Shown here: positions 20,531-29,875 of the stretch, one piece after another
How positions within the stretch are numbered: the stretch's first letter is position 1
Layout: every line of letters starts with the position of its first letter
From: Candidatus Dojkabacteria bacterium
GTDB lineage: Bacteria; Patescibacteriota; Dojkabacteria; GCA-002793355
Assembly: GCA_030583685.1 (NCBI GenBank)
Contig: CP129470.1
Span: 404,345-468,344, forward strand
Direction: 5' to 3'
DNA length: 64,000 bases
The notes under the pieces: generated by a model
Told to the model about the DNA's origin: nothing
The model's input: the letters and a program-made list of their open reading frames with translations, nothing else
The model's database searches: none
Made by a program: the position numbers and the translations under genes

Positions 20531-21157
20531 TTATAGCATTCGTTTGTAACGGATAATATCCCAAACTGCTAAATACATCGCAGCAATTTCTCTCACGGTG
20601 TAATAGTCACTATGTGATTCCGAAAAGGCCCCGGTCGCGTAAATACCTGCAACACGTAGCCCGATTTGCTCACACAGGAAAAGTGCACGAGGCAAATGAA
20701 AGCCTTGACTCACCACCAATAAGGAGTCAAAGCCAAAATCCTCTTTGGCACGGCGACAAGATTCAAAGGTTCGACTTCCTCCATCATCTTCCCAGATGAT
20801 TTCCGCGGGAACACCTAACTCAACCAGCGTTGCTTTCATTGCACGAGGCTCATTATAAATCCCTTCATCCTTTGCACCAGAGACAAGAATTTTCTCAACA
20901 TTACCGTGCTTATAGAGTGAGTGTGCCATTTCAAGTCTGTCTTGCAAGGCATTACTTGGAGTGTCATTCGGATAAACAGCTGCACCGAGTACCATAACAG
21001 TTTGGGGAATAGAGCGCGGAATACTGGTAACTGAGACAAAGATTTTCTGTCTGTAATTGTAGTAAAGCAACGGCGGTATCGACACCAGGAGAATTATTGT
21101 CAACAAACCTATGACACCGATAATTTTTGCTAAACTCAGGATCACTCGCCTTGTCAT
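20531..21157 (-). CDS. SanA/YdcF (DUF218) family protein
   Basis: N-terminal TM. VMVLGAAV...ILVSGA...SLLVVSQGFHLPRA pattern of DUF218. Confidence 0.65.
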   Translation of the reverse strand: MTRRVILSLAKIIGVIGLLTIILLVSIPPLLYYNYRQKIFVSVTSIPRSIPQTVMVLGAAVYPNDTPSNALQDRLEMAHSLYKHGNVEKILVSGAKDEGIYNEPRAMKATLVELGVPAEIIWEDDGGSRTFESCRRAKEDFGFDSLLVVSQGFHLPRALFLCEQIGLRVAGIYATGAFSESHSDYYTVREIAAMYLAVWDIIRYKRML

Positions 21158-21163
21158 ACCGTC

Positions 21164-21191
21164 ATTATATCTTGTCCTGAGTAATTCGCAA
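21164..21191 (-). promoter_or_regulatory. Putative sigma70-like promoter (TTGCGA-16 nt-TATAAT) ending 6 nt before the ATG of the DUF218 gene; implies a leaderless or near-leaderless mRNA
   Basis: Minus-strand reading: acTTGCGAattactcaggacaagaTATAATgacggtATG. Confidence 0.35.
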
Positions 21192-21887
21192 GTTATCCAC
21201 AGAACAATATTCCGTGATATATTTTCTGTTAGTGTTTTACAGCCGTGAAATAATTATTAATTACCGTGCAACTGGTAGTACTGTGAGGCGAGAAAGCGAC
21301 TAAAAAGTGACAGCAATTTCATTGCGTATAGTATTCTTCGGGCAAACATCAGCAACGTTAATAGTGTGTCCTACCGTTCAGCTCAATAATCGTCGTAAGA
21401 CAAACCTGCGTCATTATGACTTTCCAGCCAGAACTTGCTCCAAGAACTTCACCTGAACCGTTTTGAGGCGTTTATATTTTCTTCATTTGCCACTCTTATA
21501 ATCGGAGAACCGGCACCCAGCAACATGTATACTCGCACGATCATTTCAAAGTGGCGTGCTGTAGCTTGATCAGTTCTTTTTGTCCCGTACACGCAATGTA
21601 ATCAACAAACACAAAGGCTCACAATACTGGTTGGTAAATTTATTGTTCACAGGGGTTCACGCAATGTTTTGACGTATTACTACCCGTTTTTACTCATCTG
21701 TAATATGTTTTCTTCATTTCTCATGCCAACAATAACGGTACTGATATATTTGTCTTACTCTTTTGCCTACCCATAGTTTCTGCAATGCTGTTTCCAGAGG
21801 GATACGTAATCACTTTACGGAAAATTCCTCTTGTCCGACGACCAGTCTTTTTTTCCACATTTCGGAATACTCTTAATCGAATGATGA

Positions 21888-23192
21888 TTACGGTAATAGT
21901 ATACCCCCTACCGCTCTCACGCAATCATCTACTAGAGGCCTTTTTCCGTATACTAACGCCGAAGCAACTTTTCCTGCGTATACTTTTACCTGTTTCCACA
22001 CGTCATCAGTATCTGAGTTCCCTAAAACTTTCTCAAACAGTCCTTGTGCTACCTCTTCTGGAGTTCCCGCTGTAGAAACAACATAAAACGTAATTTCTTG
22101 ATTATTGTTCATACTTTCTTGGTAAAAAGTTGGAGCCGTGACCGTTACGTAAACCAGTAACCTCTTCACTATACTCGTTGGAAAGGCGTCAGGACGGAGA
22201 TCTTTACCTTCTTCCAATTCTTGATGGAACCGATACTCCATTCTGGATACGATCGTTTCAAGTTCCTGTATGATTTCGGCTCCAAACCGCAGTGTTTTTG
22301 CTTCATCCGTGACCTTTTCAAACAACTGTCGGAGTAGCACATTCTCTGCTTCAAATCGCTGTAAACTTGACCTCTCTGGCCCATTTTTCAGTCCATCTAA
22401 CAATGCAAGATACCACTCAGCATTCATCTGTTTTGCAAACAATTTGCCGATTTCTATAGCATCACTGTTATATTGAGAAACGGACCGAGTAACTTTTTCC
22501 AGTATGTGATCTGGAAGCGCAGCGAGAATGACAATTGACGAGGTAATCTTGCCACCTTGTTTTGTAACCGCAGCAAGGAGTCTCTGGTATTCAACAAACT
22601 GCTGCCTTGTACGAGGTACTAAATCGATTTGGATTGCTTGGTAATTCTGTGTCAATCGGTACAACAACAGAAGATAGGTAAGGACAGATACCATTGCATC
22701 TGGAACAAATCCGCCACTTGCGACATACGGACCAATAACTGCAACAAGCTTTCCGAATAATTCCACATATTCCCCAGTCGGTTTATTAAACATTCCCCCG
22801 GTTCCCGTTACAATTACGGTTCTATCTAGCGAACGATTAAGTAAGTTTGTATGCATTGGTTCCTGAAGTTGTCGAGCACCTCCCTGAGAAACAACTTCAG
22901 CATATGCCTTTCCAAGTAATTCAAGAGTATCAATATTCGTGCCTTTTCCTGAACCAGGAGGACCAACCCATACATCGATCATAATTCCTTGAACATGTCG
23001 ATGGGCGATTTCGTATCCTATGGCATCATATAACGGGCCAGAAAGCGCTGAGGCCCACCCGGTTAATCGTTCGGTAATTAATTCTGGATTGTTATATGAG
23101 TCTTCTCCAAGCAGTGACACTATCTCGTCAACGGCTTGAAGCAACAATTCTTTTGCTTCTGGAGCAGAGTATACCTTTTTGGTTATCTCCAT
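21888..23192 (-). CDS. Hypothetical protein with an embedded NMP-kinase-type P-loop (GPPGSGKGT)
   Basis: 434-aa ORF. A Walker A identical in form to adenylate-kinase G-x-PG-x-GKGT sits at about residue 75. The flanking about 70 and about 180 residues have no recognisable similarity. Confidence 0.5.
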   Translation of the reverse strand: MEITKKVYSAPEAKELLLQAVDEIVSLLGEDSYNNPELITERLTGWASALSGPLYDAIGYEIAHRHVQGIMIDVWVGPPGSGKGTNIDTLELLGKAYAEVVSQGGARQLQEPMHTNLLNRSLDRTVIVTGTGGMFNKPTGEYVELFGKLVAVIGPYVASGGFVPDAMVSVLTYLLLLYRLTQNYQAIQIDLVPRTRQQFVEYQRLLAAVTKQGGKITSSIVILAALPDHILEKVTRSVSQYNSDAIEIGKLFAKQMNAEWYLALLDGLKNGPERSSLQRFEAENVLLRQLFEKVTDEAKTLRFGAEIIQELETIVSRMEYRFHQELEEGKDLRPDAFPTSIVKRLLVYVTVTAPTFYQESMNNNQEITFYVVSTAGTPEEVAQGLFEKVLGNSDTDDVWKQVKVYAGKVASALVYGKRPLVDDCVRAVGGILLP

Positions 23193-23243
23193 AATTGATT
23201 ATATACCCTTTTCCTTGTATGTCTAGATACCCCCAGGGGTATA

Positions 23244-24563
23244 TTATTTCACCAGGTAACTCCACACGGTTACCATAAAGAATCCCGCATATACCAGTGC
23301 AATACAACCAAGAAGCAGCTGCTCGAGTAAACTTGGACGATATTTTACTGGTAAGTGCGTTCTGTTCATCCAGAGTGTTATCGCTGCAATTACCGCCATT
23401 GCTAAGGCATTTGATACAGCACCAATGGTAATTAACCACAAGGGTTCTCGCAACCCCAAGAGAAAGATACACACACCAATACACCCTTGCACTATAATAA
23501 CGAGTTTATACCACAGCAATTCGGGCTTCCCAAGGATATCCGCGGTAATTCTTCCTAATGTATCAAAAACTCCTAACTGAACTGAAAACAATGCGACTGC
23601 TCCACTCAAAACAAAAAGTAGCCCAACAAACGGATGAAGCTTACCAGACAGTACCGTTCCTTGCGCGACAATAAACGCCAGTCCATGCTCGACTGATACT
23701 CCTTGTAGAATAATCGGCCCTAAATATGACAACATCAATATGGTAATCAACCCCATCAATCCAAATACCAAGATATTTTCAATGGTAATTAACCTTCTGA
23801 CACCTTTAAAATGATGTAAACTCCTTGGGCTTTCAGACGCGACCAGACCACTCTTTTCACCATATTGCGACATACCGTGTTTCTTCTTAAGAATATAATA
23901 CCCTTGCCCCAACAATAGGTTGCCACCACTTCCTGCATAGGCGAACGCAGCAAGGAATACCGCCAAATCAATTCCCTCTGGAATAAACTGGTATCCCGAC
24001 CCTTTTCCGATTAAACCTGCCAACAACTCAGTCATTTTTACTGGATCAAAATAATACACCGTCAATCCAACCATTAGTAAAAAAGTCAAAGGCAAGACAA
24101 ATCGAAAAAACTTTTCCACACGAGGATAAGAATTACTCCCAATAACAAGCAATCCCACCGCAAGCAGGAGAATACCATAGGGCAAATACTCAGCTACGTT
24201 ACCCGGAAGTCCGAATGCTTGAGAGAATAAAAAAGAGCTTCCCGCGGCAAAACCAGGCCATCCAAACCCCACAATAGTTGAAAATATAAGCCAAAAGCTA
24301 AAGAATCTACTGACTTTCAGAAATCCATGAACCGCACTGTTTCCGGTAACAACAGCGTAACGCTGTATTTCGATATTAATAAAGACCTGAAATGCAATTC
24401 CAACAATCGCCGCCCACAGAATTCCATATCCATAATGAACCGAGAGATACGGCCACAACACGAATTCTCCACTCCCAATACCTAACCCAATCGCAACAAG
24501 ACTTGCGCCAAAGCCGGCAAGTAACGGCTTATCGTATTTGGGAAATTCTCGAGCAGCTGCCAT
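23244..24563 (-). CDS. Polytopic membrane transporter, distant Nramp/MntH-like
   Basis: About 11 TMs. The N-terminal block LLAGFGASLVAIGLGIGSGEF...YGYGILW...VVTG parallels the Nramp first-TM consensus; the DPGN motif is replaced by GSGE. Confidence 0.45.
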   Translation of the reverse strand: MAAAREFPKYDKPLLAGFGASLVAIGLGIGSGEFVLWPYLSVHYGYGILWAAIVGIAFQVFINIEIQRYAVVTGNSAVHGFLKVSRFFSFWLIFSTIVGFGWPGFAAGSSFLFSQAFGLPGNVAEYLPYGILLLAVGLLVIGSNSYPRVEKFFRFVLPLTFLLMVGLTVYYFDPVKMTELLAGLIGKGSGYQFIPEGIDLAVFLAAFAYAGSGGNLLLGQGYYILKKKHGMSQYGEKSGLVASESPRSLHHFKGVRRLITIENILVFGLMGLITILMLSYLGPIILQGVSVEHGLAFIVAQGTVLSGKLHPFVGLLFVLSGAVALFSVQLGVFDTLGRITADILGKPELLWYKLVIIVQGCIGVCIFLLGLREPLWLITIGAVSNALAMAVIAAITLWMNRTHLPVKYRPSLLEQLLLGCIALVYAGFFMVTVWSYLVK

Positions 24564-24639
24564 GCCCTATCGTATCAGAAGAATATGCGAACTGCACGAA
24601 AACCGCACAGCACCATCTAGATTGTAATTATTTCACGGA

Positions 24640-26109
24640 CTATGAAACATTAGCATTATTTTCGAGTACTTTCTTCCGTAAACCGAGTTTTATCTTCGCC
24701 CGTGTACTTTTACTCTTCGAAAACTCTAGCCACTCTTCGGTAGGGTATTTTTTCTTTGAATCGGTAACTATTTCCACTACGTCTCCACTGTTCAGCTGTG
24801 TTGACAGAGGTTGAGATTTGCCGTTAATAATCGCAAATTCAGAGCTGTGGCCGATCTTAGTATGTACCTGATAGGCAAAGTCTATTGCCGTTGAACCATG
24901 CGTTAATTCAATAATTCTATGCTTCGGGGTGAATACATAAATTCGATCTTGGAACAATTGCAGTTTTAATTCACTTGCTTCAGCGAGTAACTCCTTCTTA
25001 TTAACCCGTTCAATTTCTTGATGAACCAATTCAAGCCATTTATACTCGGTAGTCTGCTTTGGAAGTCGGGTATTTGCAAGCTTGTATCCAAAATGAGATG
25101 CAGGGCCATACGTGTTTTGCCAGTACATTTCTTTTGTGAGAATCTGAATCTCGATATTCATTCCAGGTAATTCTGGGAATTTACCAATGACCTGCAATTC
25201 CTGAAACCCGTTTGGTTTTGGAGTATGAATATAATCTTCAAAAATACTGTTACTATCTGCATATTCACGTAACGCCGACGCAATAATGTAACACTGCGCA
25301 ACCGAATCCACCATCACCGTGAATGCGAGCAAATCATTAAACGACTTAATTTCACTCGACTTCCCCTCTTTGCTTCGCTTAAACTGTTTTCGCCAAATAC
25401 TATAATAGGATTTCACTCTTCCCCAAATTTGTGCATCGACATCAACAATTTCTACTATGTCTTCAAATGCCTTTCGTATCTCACCGATCTTTGAAATGAG
25501 CATCTTTTGCTGATCATGTACATACAGCGCAACGCTCTCGTACTCCTCAGGGTGGTACACCCGAAAACCGTGCAACTGAAATTCTCTATGCGCTTCAGAA
25601 AGGTTTAAATATTCCGCCAATGGAGCATAGATTTGCAACAATCGCCTTGCGACGTCGACTCTTTTTTCCATCGGCAGAAGGTCGATTGTTCGTGCATTAT
25701 CAAACTTTTCTGATAGTTTGACTAACGCGATTCGGATATCGTCCTGAAAACTCAGAATGTATTTATAAATTACCTTTGTATCAACACTCTCTTTGCGTGC
25801 ATGAGCAAACACAATGTCAATATTTTTTAAAAGCCTTCTCACATCCTCTGTAAATACCACCTGATCTTGATACGCGTGTTCTGGAAGTGGATGATGCAGT
25901 AGTGTTGCGATGACACCATTAAAATCAATCCGCAAATCGGCATAATATTTTGCCGAGCGAAGCAGGTGATGCAACAACGATTCACCAGACAAGCGTAACT
26001 CCTGCGTATAATACTTCTCCGCAATTTCGATTGCCTTTTTTAGCCGTACGCGAAACATCGCCGGCACAGACCGCAACAACTCCCGACGCAAGTCTTCTTT
26101 ATGTACCAT
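24640..26109 (-). CDS. RelA/SpoT-homolog (p)ppGpp synthetase with a degenerate HD domain and a TGS domain
   Basis: Synthetase motifs GRVKSYYSIWRK, DLLAFTVMV, YIHTPKPNGFQELQVI and EIQILTKEMYWQNTYGPASHFGYK. TGS: IYVFTPKHRIIELTHGSTAIDFAY. The HD region reads LLHHPLPE rather than HD...ED. Confidence 0.8.
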   Translation of the reverse strand: MVHKEDLRRELLRSVPAMFRVRLKKAIEIAEKYYTQELRLSGESLLHHLLRSAKYYADLRIDFNGVIATLLHHPLPEHAYQDQVVFTEDVRRLLKNIDIVFAHARKESVDTKVIYKYILSFQDDIRIALVKLSEKFDNARTIDLLPMEKRVDVARRLLQIYAPLAEYLNLSEAHREFQLHGFRVYHPEEYESVALYVHDQQKMLISKIGEIRKAFEDIVEIVDVDAQIWGRVKSYYSIWRKQFKRSKEGKSSEIKSFNDLLAFTVMVDSVAQCYIIASALREYADSNSIFEDYIHTPKPNGFQELQVIGKFPELPGMNIEIQILTKEMYWQNTYGPASHFGYKLANTRLPKQTTEYKWLELVHQEIERVNKKELLAEASELKLQLFQDRIYVFTPKHRIIELTHGSTAIDFAYQVHTKIGHSSEFAIINGKSQPLSTQLNSGDVVEIVTDSKKKYPTEEWLEFSKSKSTRAKIKLGLRKKVLENNANVS

Positions 26110-26151
26110 AGCGTTGAATTATACCACTTTTGTGGTGTTTCCGCCGCAAAT

Positions 26152-26769
26152 CTACTTTCTCGCCTGAAAAAGGCCTCGAAGCCGATCCGCCTCTTGCTGT
26201 AGTTCTGCAACATATTCAGGATACGTTTCCTGCGCAAAGGGAATATACAATTCAAGAGTTTTTTGTAATAACCTTTCATATTTGTCAATATCATGAAGCA
26301 ATTCGGTCGTCATTAAGTTGTTAAGCCAAGACTCAAGCTTCACAATTTTTACATGATCTGAGGCTTTTTTGATTTTCTCAACATACGCCTTGTTTGCTTC
26401 CATCCTCTCGTTCAGATTTTTTAAGCCTCTTTTTGGTTCTTCAGTAATTGCTGCAATATTAACGGCGATTTCTTTGCCGAAGAACTCTTCAATTACATCC
26501 AGACTGAAATAGGGATCCTTTTCATACGAGTCATGAAGGAAAGCCAAAATGATCAGATTTTCCAAATCGGACAGTCCTTTACGCTGCTTCACAATTCGCA
26601 GGACAATCGGAAAGATATGCTGTTCAAGATAGGGTGTTCCATCGTCACGAATATGGTATCTATGAGAAAGAATAGCGCGAAGCAATGCTTCTTCTACACG
26701 CTCGTTCCACACTCCCTGTTGGATTAACGCTTCTTTAACCTGACTTTTTAATGCAAATGGTTTTACCAT
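26152..26769 (-). CDS. Small alarmone hydrolase (SpoT-type HD domain), paralog 1
   Basis: HRYHIRDDGTPYLEQHIFPIV (H-x2-R-x-DG-x-PY-x2-H) and AFLHDSYEKD (HD motif). Confidence 0.7.
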   Translation of the reverse strand: MVKPFALKSQVKEALIQQGVWNERVEEALLRAILSHRYHIRDDGTPYLEQHIFPIVLRIVKQRKGLSDLENLIILAFLHDSYEKDPYFSLDVIEEFFGKEIAVNIAAITEEPKRGLKNLNERMEANKAYVEKIKKASDHVKIVKLESWLNNLMTTELLHDIDKYERLLQKTLELYIPFAQETYPEYVAELQQEADRLRGLFQARK

Positions 26770-26792
26770 AGCCCTATTTTACCCCTATTAAC

Positions 26793-27425
26793 TTAGCTCG
26801 TAAACTCACCCTTTAACTGAGTAAGCCCTTTTTTCATTTTCTCTGCAAGATTTACATCTACTGTATACGCAAAAGGAAGATACAGCAATTCTGTATCGAG
26901 AATAAAACGCTCGTACTTAATAATGTTTCTTTTCATTTCGGTACACACAAGATTATTCAATCGATCAAACACCTTCATTACTTGAGCAATTTTAGGCGCA
27001 TTCGCGAGTGTTTTTACTAACGCAATATGCTCCTCGTGCTTATCTGCTTGCTTTCTAATTGCGGTTGTTTTCTTTTGCTTCTGTAGCGCGGCGACACAAT
27101 CGGCAATATGCGGTGAATACTCTCGATATATTCGATCAATACGACAGTTTGGATCTTCTTCTGGCACATCATGAAGAAGTGCAACAGCAACCCCAACCAC
27201 TTTTTCCTCAACCCTGTCAAAATAACGATACATATCAAACACTAACGGAAAGATGTGCTGTTCCAAATACATACTATTATCGTCTCTTCTCTGATATCTA
27301 TGCGTATGACAAGATTGTGCAAACGCCTGCTGTATTTCAGGGCAATGCTCGAAAAATGGACCAATTAACGTCTCAACTTCACTTTTTGTGTTATGTGGTT
27401 TCCCTTGTTTCATGAGGCGTACCAT
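26793..27425 (-). CDS. Small alarmone hydrolase (SpoT-type HD domain), paralog 2
   Basis: HRYQRRDDNSMYLEQHIFPLV, ALLHDVPEEDP, KVFDRLNNL (the SpoT hydrolase LADRLHN-like motif). Confidence 0.7.
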   Translation of the reverse strand: MVRLMKQGKPHNTKSEVETLIGPFFEHCPEIQQAFAQSCHTHRYQRRDDNSMYLEQHIFPLVFDMYRYFDRVEEKVVGVAVALLHDVPEEDPNCRIDRIYREYSPHIADCVAALQKQKKTTAIRKQADKHEEHIALVKTLANAPKIAQVMKVFDRLNNLVCTEMKRNIIKYERFILDTELLYLPFAYTVDVNLAEKMKKGLTQLKGEFTS

Positions 27426-27483
27426 TGAATATTATAGGGTTTGTGTGGTATAATTCTACTTCATAGTTGATCAGATTCTTGAC

Positions 27484-28500
27484 ATGAATATGACAACCCC
27501 AGAGACAATCTGGGAGTACAGTAAAACCACCGAGGCGAGAAGATACTGTACCGTTGCACGAACTATTCAGTCGTACTTTTTCCAAACAAAAGGATTCCTG
27601 GTGCTTCCGAAGCCGGAAACATATGATGTGAGTTCTGTCTATTTTCCTAATCTGCCAATTATACACCATAAGGATTTCTGGCAGAAAATCGAGACTTTCG
27701 ACCAATACAATGAGACTACTCAACAACAAGTGGTGAAAGACGTCGAGGAATTTATAACACTCGCGCAGCCGCCAGAGGAACAAAAAACATCTTGGCAACA
27801 CATTGAGAAAGATTTCTGGGCCTATATGTCAACATTCCTTCCCGTGTTGTACGACCGTATCGACAGACTGGTCATTAGGCAAACACAATTTGGCACCGTC
27901 TCTTCAAGTATTGGGCGAATACATAAAAAAGACAGGACGCTTCGCTTATCGATTCGATTTGACGCCGACTTTTCACATATTGCCTCTGCAATATTTATTG
28001 GCCTGACCAGCGAAACAGATCCTCACAGTCCACTTTACGGACATACCTGGGAAGAGCGACAATCAATCGGAGACTTTCTTATGAATCACACGCTCATAAA
28101 ATCACTCTTCCCCCATCACCAACCAACGGTAAAAACAATTCGACATGAACTTCCCAAGAACTTACGAGCAGCCTCACAACACTATCTCACGGAACTTGGA
28201 TTCCCTCCAAAACAACTCATTACGATTAATGACCACAAACAGGTACTTGTAAACCAAAAATGCCTTCCCCTATCAACAACGGAACATAAGGTATTTTCTC
28301 TCTTTATTGAGAAAAGAAATCAAATTGTTACCCCCGCAGAAATTGCGCAAGAACTGTGGCAAGATCAGTCGTATGAAAGATTTTCTCTGTATGCAATTGC
28401 AAAAGTCGTTGAGAGATTACGCAAGCACATTCAAAACGTTGGTATTTATACGGGACTTATCGAAACACGACGAGGACAAGGATTCGTCCTTAACGATTAA
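27484..28500 (+). CDS. OmpR/PhoB-type winged-helix transcriptional regulator with an unknown about 240-aa N-terminal domain and no receiver domain
   Basis: C-terminal LSTTEHKVFSLFIEKRNQIVTPAEIAQELW...IAKVVERLRKHI...IETRRGQGFVL matches trans_reg_C. Transcribed divergently from the alarmone operon. Confidence 0.65.
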   Translation: MNMTTPETIWEYSKTTEARRYCTVARTIQSYFFQTKGFLVLPKPETYDVSSVYFPNLPIIHHKDFWQKIETFDQYNETTQQQVVKDVEEFITLAQPPEEQKTSWQHIEKDFWAYMSTFLPVLYDRIDRLVIRQTQFGTVSSSIGRIHKKDRTLRLSIRFDADFSHIASAIFIGLTSETDPHSPLYGHTWEERQSIGDFLMNHTLIKSLFPHHQPTVKTIRHELPKNLRAASQHYLTELGFPPKQLITINDHKQVLVNQKCLPLSTTEHKVFSLFIEKRNQIVTPAEIAQELWQDQSYERFSLYAIAKVVERLRKHIQNVGIYTGLIETRRGQGFVLND

Positions 28501-29857
28501 GTTTCTCTCGCTTTTTCAAGACGAACTCGACTTCAATAAAGTCCTCAATCACCGCATCAGGAACAAATATTTGCCCTTCTTTTGCATTTCCAACAAGAAT
28601 CGTATGCATAAGAAATTCTCTTCCAGACAAGAGCGCTGCAGGATTGTCGTCAATTAAGGTGATATTCTCGGGATTTACGGTTGAATACTTCTGTAGTAAA
28701 TACTTGTACAACGCCCTGTCCGGCTTCTGAAACGTAGTATCATTTCCAAAAATCATGTCTGAAAACAAATTGGCAATGCCTCGTTCTTCCATGATACTTC
28801 TCCCCCATTGACCAGGAAAATCAGTAAGTAAGACAAGGTCATACTCTTGCGATAACCTCTTCAGGACGGTAATAACACTTTTCCTTATGGTTATCGAAGC
28901 GGCAATTGCTTTATGCGCCTTCTTTATTTCTCCAATACCCAATCGATACCAAAACTCTGGCTCTCCGATATCACCTTGGCGAAACAGTTTGTAGGTTGCA
29001 GAAACATACGCAGGATCTTTGTGGATGAACGTAGACAAAACTTCTTCAATCATATTCCTCTCATTCGTTAAAGTTCCGACGAAATCGATAATAAGCATTT
29101 TTTTGCGGCTGTATTTTCGAGTTGGCAAATTAAGAAGCGCCGGAATTTTTGAAAAATCTTGAAGATAAAAGGTCTCACCATACCCTCCCTCTGGATAAAG
29201 CTTTCTCGGATCAAACAGGAAAGAACGAATATCCATTGCAACTGCCATTTGGATGTCTGTTTTGGGATTATTTCCAATCATGACAACCTCATCTTGTGAA
29301 AGACCTAGTTTCTTTAGCGCAAGAATTGGCTGATCAGTGTTTGGTTTATCTGAGCCAGCTTCTTCGGAAGTCACCATGTAATCAATATACTTCATAATAC
29401 CGAGCTTGCGAATTTTCTTTATCTGAATATCAGCAGTAAAGTCAGTTATCATGCAAGTCTTCAATTGGTTGTACTTAAAACACTTCAGGACTTCTATTAC
29501 TCCGGGATATAATTCCGTTCTTTTGAGCATAACTTCAAAATAGTAGTCGACGGCACGTTGAATAATATCGGGAACAAAATTTACGCCACATAACTCAAGT
29601 GTCTTCTGTATGTAAAGGTATCGATTATGAGACGCTGCAGTCCCTTTAAGCTCGAGCTTGACAGACTTCTGTGCTTGTTTAAAGAGTTCTATGAACTCAC
29701 CCCACGTGACAACTTTCAGAATCGGTTTAAAAAACTCATATAATTTGTATTCGATAAGCTCTTCTGTTTTTACCCCTTTCGCATATGAATAATTGTAATC
29801 TTCAGTATTAGCAAGTGTTCCGTCAAGATCTAAAAGCACGCCTTTGAGTTCAGCCAT
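28490..29857 (-). CDS. Tandem double HAD-like hydrolase fusion
   Basis: N-terminal LLDLDGTLANT (HAD motif I). A second DxD-like block, MLIIDFVGTLTNE, around residue 255. Confidence 0.55.
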   Translation of the reverse strand: MAELKGVLLDLDGTLANTEDYNYSYAKGVKTEELIEYKLYEFFKPILKVVTWGEFIELFKQAQKSVKLELKGTAASHNRYLYIQKTLELCGVNFVPDIIQRAVDYYFEVMLKRTELYPGVIEVLKCFKYNQLKTCMITDFTADIQIKKIRKLGIMKYIDYMVTSEEAGSDKPNTDQPILALKKLGLSQDEVVMIGNNPKTDIQMAVAMDIRSFLFDPRKLYPEGGYGETFYLQDFSKIPALLNLPTRKYSRKKMLIIDFVGTLTNERNMIEEVLSTFIHKDPAYVSATYKLFRQGDIGEPEFWYRLGIGEIKKAHKAIAASITIRKSVITVLKRLSQEYDLVLLTDFPGQWGRSIMEERGIANLFSDMIFGNDTTFQKPDRALYKYLLQKYSTVNPENITLIDDNPAALLSGREFLMHTILVGNAKEGQIFVPDAVIEDFIEVEFVLKKREKLNR

Positions 29858-29875
29858 AAAACAGTATAGTACAGT

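Noticed and set aside
21158-21887. Possibility that the long gap encodes tmRNA, RNase P RNA or SRP RNA
   Set aside because: By eye I could not find the tmRNA tRNA-like 3' end (GGTTCGANTCC...CCACCA), the RNase P P4 or AGGAAAGTCCGG block, or the SRP GGAAG/GCAGCC motif. It is kept only as a generic ncRNA candidate in the findings.
23128-23484. 118-aa minus-strand ORF overlapping the end of the P-loop protein gene and the transporter gene
   Set aside because: It is out-of-frame overlap with two better-supported genes, and its composition is not protein-like.
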